Shown: positions 30,915 to 38,081 of the stretch, piece after piece | How positions within the stretch are numbered: position 1 is the first letter of the stretch | How the letters are laid out: every line of letters begins with the position of its first letter | DNA from: a virus | Taxonomy: Duplodnaviria > Heunggongvirae > Uroviricota > Caudoviricetes | DNA: 38,081 bases | Virus record (IMG/VR): IMGVR_UViG_2534681701_000006 | Direction: 5' to 3' (one strand) | Notes under the pieces: generated by a model | The model's input: the letters and a program-made list of their open reading frames with translations, nothing else | What the model was told of the DNA's origin: nothing | Database searches by the model: none | Translations under genes and position numbers: made by a program

Positions 30915-31126
30915 TGTTTCTTGAACATGTTACCCGTGACGGAGAGCGCTGGGATTCGCTGGCATGGCAGTACTACGGTGACCCGCTGGGCTATCCCCGG
31001 ATTATTGCCGCCAATCCGCACGTGGCCATCACGCCGGTGCTGCCCTCCGGGCTGTTGTTACTGATCCCGGTGATTGAGGCTGAAGAAGCCCGTACAGAAG
31101 AGGATATTGCCCCATGGCTGAGATAA
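30911..31126 (+). CDS. tail protein X-like (LysM-like fold), 71 aa
   Basis: Small protein with a gpX-like pattern (…WDSLAWQYYGDP…AANPHVA…); overlaps its neighbours. Confidence 0.5.
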   Translation: MMFLEHVTRDGERWDSLAWQYYGDPLGYPRIIAANPHVAITPVLPSGLLLLIPVIEAEEARTEEDIAPWLR

Positions 31127-32270
31127 ACAGCACTGCGCAAGTCACATCAGCGTTAACCGGCGTCAGCGATGTGCTGACACCGGTGTTCACTCTGTGGTAT
31201 CTGCAGAAAAACATCACCTCTGATATCGCGCCTTATGTCACCCGTGTGACCTGGAGCGATAACATCAAAAATGAGTCCGATACCATTGAGGTGGAGCTGG
31301 ACGACACCGATGGCCGCTGGCTGGATAAGTGGTATCCGGGCAAGGGTGACACGCTGACGCTGAAAATGGGCTATCAGGGCGAGAAGCTGCTGTCCTGCGG
31401 TACGTTCTCTATAGACGAGATCGAAGTGAGTTCGCCCGCTTCCGTTGTTTCTATCCGTGGGGTGGCCACCTCGGTTAACAGTGCCCTGCGGACTAAAACC
31501 AAGTCGTGGTTTTGAGAACACCACGCTGGCAGCTGTTGCGGGGCGGATTGCCAGAAAGCACCGACTGAAACTGGTGGGCAGCATTGAGTCCATCAGAATC
31601 GACCGGGTGACCCAGTATGCTGAAACCGACGTGGGTTTTCTGCGCCGGCTGGCCAGCGAGTATGGTTATGCAGTGAAAGTGGTCAGTGACCAGCTGATTT
31701 TTTCTCATCTGGCCACACTGCGCAGTCAGGAGCCGGTCAGGCAGTTAAAACCGCAGGATGTGGCCCGCTTTTCCCTGCGTGACACCATCAACCGGGTCTA
31801 TAAATCTGCAAAGGTAAAACACCAGAAAAGCAGCAGTAAAAAACTGATCGTCTACGAAGCTGATGGTGGTACCCGTGAAAGCGACAAAAAAGCTCAAAGG
31901 TGGTAAGGTTACCAGCGCTGACTCACTTAAAGTTAACAGCCGCGTCAGCGACCCGGACAGTGCCCGGATTAAAGCGGATTCAGCACTGGCCAGACATAAC
32001 GAATACCAGCAGAACGGCTCCCTGACGCTGACGGGAACACCTCAACTGACAGCAGGCAACAAAATTGAACTGGTGGGTTTTGGGCAGTTATCCGGGCCAT
32101 GGCTCATAACCACTGCCCGCCATGCGTTTGACCGTAACAGCGGCTACACCACAGAGCTGGAAGTGGCACGGGGGCCAGTCACAAGAGGGAAAAAACAAAA
32201 AACTCAGAAACTCACGGTTTATCACCCGGATGGCAGTACATCGACGGTGATTAAGGAGAAGAAAAAATGA
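31114..32270 (+). pseudogene. baseplate hub gene (P2 gpD / Mu P-like) split into three ORFs by two frameshifts
   Basis: ORFs 31114..31515, 31445..31906 and 31863..32270 occupy three frames and together span 1157 bp (~385 codons); shifts fall near a T4 run (31509..31512) and an A6 run (about 31886..31891). Confidence 0.55.
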
Positions 32271-32863
32271 CTGGTGTCACTCGTCAGGTCGGTACGGTCA
32301 GTGCCGTTGATGCCGACAGGGTTCAGGCCCGCGTTCGTCTGCCTGAATGCGATAACCTGCGCACAAACTGGCTTAACGTGCTGCAGCGCAATACCCAGGA
32401 TAACAAAGATTACTGGCTCCCTGACGTGGGGGAGCAGGTTGAGGTGCTGCTCGATGCCAACGGCGAGGATGGTGTTATTCTGGGCGCGGTGTATTCAGAC
32501 GTCGATAAACCACCGTTCAGTGACAAAAATATCCGGGGAACCCGGTTTGCTGATGGTGCAGAGTACAGCTACAACCGGAAGACGCACACTCTGACCATCC
32601 GGGGCGGCATTGAGCATATTGTCATTGAGTGTGGTGCTGATGTGGTATTGAAAACACAGAAAGCCACGATTGACGCACCGGAAACCGAACTTACCGGAGA
32701 TCTGCGTGTCAGGGGTAAGCTGATTTACGAAGGAGGCATGGCGGGTTCTGGTGGTGAAGGTGTTACCGCGACCATCCATGGCAATATCGAGATTAAAGGG
32801 AATGCCCATGCCACGGGCAGTATGTTGTCTGATGGCGAAAACTCCAGCCACCACTCCCACTGA
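32267..32863 (+). CDS. baseplate spike/assembly protein (P2 gpV-like), 198 aa
   Basis: gpV-like N-terminal OB-fold pattern (GTVSAVDADRVQARVRLPECDNL…); Gly-rich C-terminus. Confidence 0.65.
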   Translation: MTGVTRQVGTVSAVDADRVQARVRLPECDNLRTNWLNVLQRNTQDNKDYWLPDVGEQVEVLLDANGEDGVILGAVYSDVDKPPFSDKNIRGTRFADGAEYSYNRKTHTLTIRGGIEHIVIECGADVVLKTQKATIDAPETELTGDLRVRGKLIYEGGMAGSGGEGVTATIHGNIEIKGNAHATGSMLSDGENSSHHSH

Positions 32864-32917
32864 GCTTTTTAAACGCCTTTAATATCAGCGTTCCCGCACG
32901 GGGGCAATACTGCCCCC

Positions 32918-33265
32918 ATGAAAACAACCTCAGTATTCTGGCAACCAGCCCTGCAGGCTCCCGGCGAAATTGTCCGGGGGCTGGATGATATCCGGCAGGC
33001 GATTCAAATTATCCTGCGGACTCCCCGCGGCAGCGACCCGCATCGCCCGGAGTTCGGCAGCAATCTGCATCTTTATATCGACTGGCCTGTAGACCGGGCC
33101 ATTCCGCATGTGGTGCGCGAATCCGTCGATGCCATCCGGCGCTGGGAGCCCCGCTGCCAGCTTATGTCAGTTAAACCCGCCGTCGACGGCGAACATCTTA
33201 CGCTCCGGGTGAGCTGGAAAGGCTCAGACGGACAGACCCGGACTCAGGAGCTGCTATGGCGCTGA
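32918..33265 (+). CDS. baseplate wedge protein (GPW/gp25 family), 115 aa
   Basis: Size and GPW-like sequence pattern; position between the V-like and J-like genes. Confidence 0.6.
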   Translation: MKTTSVFWQPALQAPGEIVRGLDDIRQAIQIILRTPRGSDPHRPEFGSNLHLYIDWPVDRAIPHVVRESVDAIRRWEPRCQLMSVKPAVDGEHLTLRVSWKGSDGQTRTQELLWR

Positions 33266-34359
33266 CAGAACCCGATTTTATTGAACGCGATGCCGACAAA
33301 ATTACGGCAGAAATGATTGCGAAGTATGAAGCGGATACCGGCAAAACGCTGTACCCGGCACAGGCAGAACGTCTGCTGATTGATCTGTGGGCCTATCGCG
33401 AAATGCTGGTCAGGGTTGCGGTACAGGAGGCAGCAAAGCAGAATCTGGTCGCCTTTGCCCGTGAGCCGATGATTGATTACCTCGGTGAACTGGTTGGTGT
33501 ATACCGTCTTGCCGCGCAGCCTGCCACCACCACGCTCCAGTTCTCCGTAGATGAGGCACTGGCCATTGATGTGCTGATCCCGGCAGGCACCCGCGTCAGC
33601 GCTTCCGACAGCGTTATTTTTGCCACCGATACAGATGTGGTACTGAAGGCCGGATTGCTGCTGGTCAATGTCACGTCCACCTGTACCGAACCCGGTACCG
33701 CTGGTAACGGCTGGCAACCTGCGCAGGTCAGTCAGTTACTCGATGAGATTGATAACGTCGACCTGCTGGTGAGCAATCTGACGGCCAGTTCCGGCGGTTC
33801 AGAACAGGAAGACGATGACAGGCTCCGGGAGCGTATCAGGCTGGCCCCGGAGTCATTCACCAATGCCGGAAGCCGTGGCGCATACCGCTTTCATGCCATG
33901 CAGGCCCATCCCAACATTGTCGATGTTGCTGTGCTTTCCCCGGTTCCCGGGACCGTAGATCTGTATCCGCTGCTCAGTACCGGTCTGCCGGACGGCGGTG
34001 TTCTCACGCTGGTAGAGAGTTTCTGCTCTGATGAGAAAGTCAGGCCACTCACTGATACAGTGCGGGCTAAAACACCAGTGAAGGTGGATTACACCATTGA
34101 AGCCAGGATTACGATCTATCGTGATCAGGATGCCAGGTCTGTAAAAGATGCCGCTAACAGCGCCATACAGAACTGGGTGGCATCACGTGCCGCCACGCTG
34201 GGGCGCGATATTGTCCCCAGCCAGATTATCAGTGCATTGTCCGTTTCCGGGGTGTACCAGGTTGAACTGGTGACACCGGCACTGCGGGTGGTGGCAGAAA
34301 ACGAATGGGCAAACTGTACGGCAATCACTCTTAACATGACTGGAGTGTCTGATGACTGA
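33256..34359 (+). CDS. baseplate protein J-like, 367 aa
   Basis: Size and position in the conserved V-W-J-I order. Confidence 0.7.
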   Translation: MALTEPDFIERDADKITAEMIAKYEADTGKTLYPAQAERLLIDLWAYREMLVRVAVQEAAKQNLVAFAREPMIDYLGELVGVYRLAAQPATTTLQFSVDEALAIDVLIPAGTRVSASDSVIFATDTDVVLKAGLLLVNVTSTCTEPGTAGNGWQPAQVSQLLDEIDNVDLLVSNLTASSGGSEQEDDDRLRERIRLAPESFTNAGSRGAYRFHAMQAHPNIVDVAVLSPVPGTVDLYPLLSTGLPDGGVLTLVESFCSDEKVRPLTDTVRAKTPVKVDYTIEARITIYRDQDARSVKDAANSAIQNWVASRAATLGRDIVPSQIISALSVSGVYQVELVTPALRVVAENEWANCTAITLNMTGVSDD

Positions 34360-34930
34360 GCCATTACAACTCCCGCCACCGCTTGAGGGTGATATCAGTC
34401 TCAGGACGCTGGGAAGACTGGCAGGACGGCTGGATAACATCGACCTGAGCGTACTGATGGTCTTTCTCGTCGATATCGTCGACAGTTCCGCGCTGCCATG
34501 GCTGGGCGAGCAGTTCTCACTGTCTGGCGATGGCTGGGAGCTGGCGGAATCGGACGATGTTCGCCGCATGCTTATAAAAGCAGCCATCGAACTGCACCGG
34601 TATAAAGGGACGCCGTGGTCAATCCGGGAAGTTATCCGCCGTTTTGGCTTTGGTGAAGTGGATCTGATTGAAGGCACAGGTCGTCTCAGTTACGACGGCA
34701 ATCGCAGCTATAACGGACTGTTTGTTCATGGAGATGCAGCCGCCTGGGCAGTTTATCGCGTTATTCTGAAACAGCCCATTACTAACGATCAGGCCGCGAT
34801 GCTGCGTCAGACGCTGGCTGCATTTGCACCGGCCCGCTGCCATCTGGCCAGCCTGGAGTATCAGTCTGTGGCCATTCGCTATAACAATACCGCCATCCAT
34901 GATGGCAGTTATAACCACGGGAGCAGTTGA
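34352..34930 (+). CDS. tail protein I-like (baseplate), 192 aa
   Basis: Position after the J-like gene and before the tail fibre gene. Confidence 0.6.
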   Translation: MTEPLQLPPPLEGDISLRTLGRLAGRLDNIDLSVLMVFLVDIVDSSALPWLGEQFSLSGDGWELAESDDVRRMLIKAAIELHRYKGTPWSIREVIRRFGFGEVDLIEGTGRLSYDGNRSYNGLFVHGDAAAWAVYRVILKQPITNDQAAMLRQTLAAFAPARCHLASLEYQSVAIRYNNTAIHDGSYNHGSS

Positions 34931-34932
34931 TT

Positions 34933-36224
34933 ATGGGAAACCTGAATGAAACAGAAAAGTGGGAAGAAAATATCTATCAACTGGAGACATCAGATCCGGT
35001 TCTGGGTGGTGCAGACGGGATATCAAATCGAGCCCCCGGCAACTGGCAAACAGGACGAAATGGCTGAAGAAGAAAACGGAGGAAGCCGCACAGTCACTGG
35101 CTGAACACGTACGTTCCCGTAACCACCCGGACGCGACACTGACAGCTAAGGGGTTCACCCAACTGAGCAGTGCCACCAACAGCACCTCTGAAACGCTGGC
35201 CGCCACACCAAAAGCGGTCAAGGCTGCATACGACCTGGCAGCCGGCAAGGCGCCTGCCAGCCACACTCACCCGTGGAGTCAGATAACGGGAGTGCCTGCG
35301 GCTTCACTGACGGCAAAAGGCACCGTACAACTGAGCAGCGCCACGGACAGTCAATCAGAAACTGAGGCTGCCACGCCGAAGGCGGTCAAGGCTGCATACG
35401 ACCTTGCAGCCGGCAAGGCGCCCGTCAGCCACACTCACCCGTGGAGTCAGATAACGGGAGTGCCTGCTGCCTCGCTGACGGCAAAAGGCACCGTACAACT
35501 GAGCAGTGCCATCAACAGCACGTCTGAAATACTGGCCGCCACACCGAAAGCGGTCAAGGCTGCATACGATCTGGCAAACGGAAAACAACCGGCAGATGCC
35601 ACGCTCACTGCTCTGGCAGGACTTGCCACTGCAGCAGATCGGTTGCCTTATTTTACCGGAGCAGACCGCGCAGCGCTGGCAACCCTTACAGCTATTGGTC
35701 GCGCTATTATCGCTAAGGGCAGTATAAAAGATGTCCTCAATTACCTTGGTTTGGGGGAAGGCTCTGCATTGCCTGTTGGTGTACCGGTTCCATGGCCCAC
35801 CGCCACACCGCCAGCAGGCTGGTTAAAGTGCGACGGGCGCGCCTTTACAAAAGAACAATATCCTGTTCTGGCCAGAGTCTACCCGACCCTCCGTCTTCCC
35901 GATTTACGCGGTGAGTTTATCCGTGGATGGGACGACGGGCGCAAGATTGACGAGGGGCGTAAGTTGCTTTCATGGCAGAAAGGTACACTGGTCGGCGGTC
36001 ATGACGATAACGATTCTTCGCTTGATATCTCGTACATGAGTAACGGAAATAATATTGACTATGGCGGCGATAAGGTGTTTGCGGGGAATTACCGTAGCGA
36101 TTATTTGTGGTACGTAATTCTGGGTGGAACAAACAGTCGCGCAAAAGCCGAATTAAACGGAGCATTCTTTAACATAACCCGCCCCCGCAATATCGCGTTT
36201 AACTATATCGTGAGGGCGGCGTGA
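34933..36224 (+). CDS. tail fibre protein with an apparent frameshift in a C5 tract (35034..35038) and phage tail-fibre repeats
   Basis: ATG at 34933 encodes MGNLNETEKWEENIYQLETSDPVLGGADGISNRAP, which resembles tail-fibre N-termini as I recall them, then hits a stop; the long ORF continues in another frame from 34959. Three ~56-aa repeats; conserved C-terminal NYIVRA. Confidence 0.7.
35745..35944. repeat. left arm of ~200-bp perfect inverted repeat flanking the invertible tail-fibre cassette
   Basis: Identical in reverse complement to 37166..37362; invertase half-site-like sequence (GGTTTGGGGGAA) at its outer edge. Confidence 0.8.
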
Positions 36225-36230
36225 TACCGT

Positions 36231-36845
36231 TCAACTGGCAAGTGCCAGTGGCGCTTCCGGCCAGCTGATTTCAGGTGCCGTGCTGATATCCAGTGCGTTC
36301 AGCTCGTCGATATAATCCAGCACGGCGTTCAGTTTTGCCGTTTCTTCTGGTGTCAGACTGCGACCAGCACGCAGTTTGAGGTTGATAAGATCGACTGACG
36401 CCATCGCCTGTTTCACCCGTTGCTGGCGTTGCTGTCTGGCAACCTCCAGTTCTGCGGCTCGCTGCCGTTCAGTATCGGTTACCCACGCCTCACCGTTCCA
36501 GGTATCCCATGGCGTGGCTGGCTGTTTTGTGGTGGTGTCCGCCGGGTAATCACCCGGTTGGGTAATCAGAACAGGGTTACCGTTCTCCGTGCTGTATACC
36601 GTCTCGCCGCGGTGATCAGGCACATGCTCCCACCCGTTCAGCGTGGCAGTCCGGCAAACCACGTAACCCGAAATTGCCTCCGGCGGTGCATCGGCGCACG
36701 AATGTGCCGGAGTACCCACCCCAAGGGCGAGATACTCCACAGAGGATGAGGTGTATTCCCGGGTTTCCTCGTCATAGTGATATACAGTGATATCGCCCGC
36801 TACAGTGGCGATACCGTTTTCATCCAGAACTGCAGTGTTACTCAT
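36231..36845 (-). CDS. tail fibre assembly protein (Tfa, Mu U-like), 204 aa
   Basis: Tfa-like size and sequence; immediately downstream of the alternative fibre C-terminus on the minus strand. Confidence 0.7.
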   Translation of the reverse strand: MSNTAVLDENGIATVAGDITVYHYDEETREYTSSSVEYLALGVGTPAHSCADAPPEAISGYVVCRTATLNGWEHVPDHRGETVYSTENGNPVLITQPGDYPADTTTKQPATPWDTWNGEAWVTDTERQRAAELEVARQQRQQRVKQAMASVDLINLKLRAGRSLTPEETAKLNAVLDYIDELNALDISTAPEISWPEAPLALAS

Positions 36846-37357
36846 TAAACTGCCCTCACAATGTAATTAAGTGCAATGCTACGGGGTCTGACAGTGATAC
36901 CCTTCGCATACCCGCTTCTGATAGAGGTCAGAATAGTAGCCTGCATACCATTGTCTGACATTGCCACGACAGGATCGCTGAATGTTGTCCCGTCCGGCAT
37001 TTTAAAGCTGCCCTCACGAAGGTCTGTAATGGAATCTTCATTGTTGAATCCCATGCCGACTATCCCCGAGGTTCCCGTAGTGTCCTGGTTATAATAATCC
37101 AGCATTGCTGTTCTTAACAGCGTTGCCCCTTGTGCGGACAGCAACTTACGTCCTGTATCAACTTTGCGCCCGTCGTCCCATCCACGGATAAACTCACCGC
37201 GTAAATCGGGAAGACGGAGGGTCGGGTAGACTCTGGCCAGAACAGGATATTGTTCTTTTGTAAAGGCGCGCCCGTCGCACTTTAACCAGCCTGCTGGCGG
37301 TGTGGCGGTGGGCCATGGAACCGGTACACCAACAGGCAATGCAGAGCCTTCCCCCAA
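36845..37357 (-). CDS. alternative tail fibre C-terminal cassette (S'v-like), with no start codon of its own
   Basis: First ~64 aa are identical to an internal segment of the plus-strand fibre (inverted repeat), then diverge; ends in NYIVRAV, paralleling the expressed fibre. Confidence 0.6.
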   Translation of the reverse strand: MGEGSALPVGVPVPWPTATPPAGWLKCDGRAFTKEQYPVLARVYPTLRLPDLRGEFIRGWDDGRKVDTGRKLLSAQGATLLRTAMLDYYNQDTTGTSGIVGMGFNNEDSITDLREGSFKMPDGTTFSDPVVAMSDNGMQATILTSIRSGYAKGITVRPRSIALNYIVRAV

Positions 37358-37362
37358 ACCAA
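37166..37362. repeat. right arm of the inverted repeat flanking the invertible tail-fibre cassette
   Basis: Reverse complement is identical to 35745..35944. Confidence 0.8.
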
Positions 37363-37428
37363 CGTTTATCTCTCAAATCCTCCCCACATTATCTCAGTAC
37401 TTTAACCACTCAAAAGGGAGTATTTTTA

Positions 37429-38001
37429 ATGCTGATTGGCTACATACGTGTGTCAACAAATGACCAAAACATAGATTTGCAACGCAATGCATTAATGTGC
37501 GCAGGATGTGAACAGATTTTTGAGGACAAAATGAGCGGAACCAAGTCGGAACGACCAGGCCTGAAACGCGCTTTAAAGTGCCTTAAAAGAGGGGATACAT
37601 TGGTGGTCTGGAAGCTGGATCGGTTGGGTAGAAGAATGAAACACCTCATTGCTCTCACAGAAGAGCTACGCGCAAAAGGTGTCAATTTTCGCAGTCTGAC
37701 GGATTCAATCGATACCAGCACTCCGATGGGAAGGTTCTTTTTTCATATGATGGGTGCACTGGCAGAAATGGAGCGTGAACTGATAGTTGAGCGCACGCTG
37801 GCAGGACTGGCTGCTGCGCGAGCACAAGGAAGAGTTGGAGGACGTCGCCCGAAACTGACGAAGGAGCAGCATGAGCAGATCGCAAGATTGCTCCAGAAAG
37901 GGTATGACAGAAAGCGGCTGGCAATTATCTATGATATTGGACTGTCAACGATCTACCGCTATCACCCTGTTGGGACTGTCATAACGCAACCTGAAATGTA
38001 A
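37429..38001 (+). CDS. serine recombinase, DNA invertase of the Gin/Pin/Cin/Hin family, 190 aa
   Basis: N-terminal MLIGYIRVSTNDQ catalytic-serine motif and C-terminal HTH; GGGAG RBS; adjacent to the invertible fibre cassette. The ORF-track start at 37300 is an upstream extension. Confidence 0.9.
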   Translation: MLIGYIRVSTNDQNIDLQRNALMCAGCEQIFEDKMSGTKSERPGLKRALKCLKRGDTLVVWKLDRLGRRMKHLIALTEELRAKGVNFRSLTDSIDTSTPMGRFFFHMMGALAEMERELIVERTLAGLAAARAQGRVGGRRPKLTKEQHEQIARLLQKGYDRKRLAIIYDIGLSTIYRYHPVGTVITQPEM

Positions 38002-38032
38002 TTCTTTTTCAAATAATGAAACGCCGCGTGGA

Positions 38033-38079
38033 TGCCATTTATCGCACAAGATAGAGTGCATTTATCGCGCGGCGCATCA
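38033..38079. other. putative prophage right end: two direct repeats (CATTTATCGC) ending in …GCGCATCA, resembling Mu attR transposase-binding sites
   Basis: GCCATTTATCGCACA and GCATTTATCGCGCGG about 25 bp apart; resembles the Mu right-end R sites as I recall them, and Mu-type ends terminate in CA. Confidence 0.3.
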
Positions 38080-38081
38080 CC

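Noticed and set aside
33244-33717. 157-aa minus-strand ORF
   Set aside because: Antisense to the J-like baseplate gene.
34183-34677. 164-aa minus-strand ORF
   Set aside because: Antisense to the J-like and I-like baseplate genes.

Overview
The window is almost entirely a Mu-like transposable prophage of an enterobacterial host, with two divergent arms. The left arm (minus strand, ~8266 down to 278) is the early/transposition module: Cro/Ner-like regulator, three unknown genes, a DDE MuA-type transposase, a MuB-like AAA+ ATPase, Gam, a run of small early genes, and a GemA-like gene cut at 297/298 by a partial IS3-family element (1..297). An XRE-type repressor (8360..8716, plus) faces the early operon across a control region containing a perfect 16-bp palindrome. 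The centre (8833..13069) is an accessory island: a Dam-type N6-adenine methyltransferase, two orphan genes and a P-loop NTPase gene interrupted 18 bp into its coding sequence by a complete 1954-bp IS21-family element (IS100-like) with a 5-bp ACCGG target duplication. The right arm (plus strand, 13200..38001) is a complete Mu-type late module: lysis cassette with embedded o-spanin, terminase, portal, head genes, a P2-like contractile tail and baseplate, tail fibre with an invertible cassette, and a Gin/Pin-type invertase. Mu-end-like repeats sit at 38033..38079. Notable oddities are a near-perfect 2 x 261-bp tandem duplication inside the tape measure gene and four homopolymer-associated frameshifts in tail genes. 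No CRISPR array, rRNA or tRNA was recognised. All calls rest on reading the translations and sequence by eye; no database search was run.
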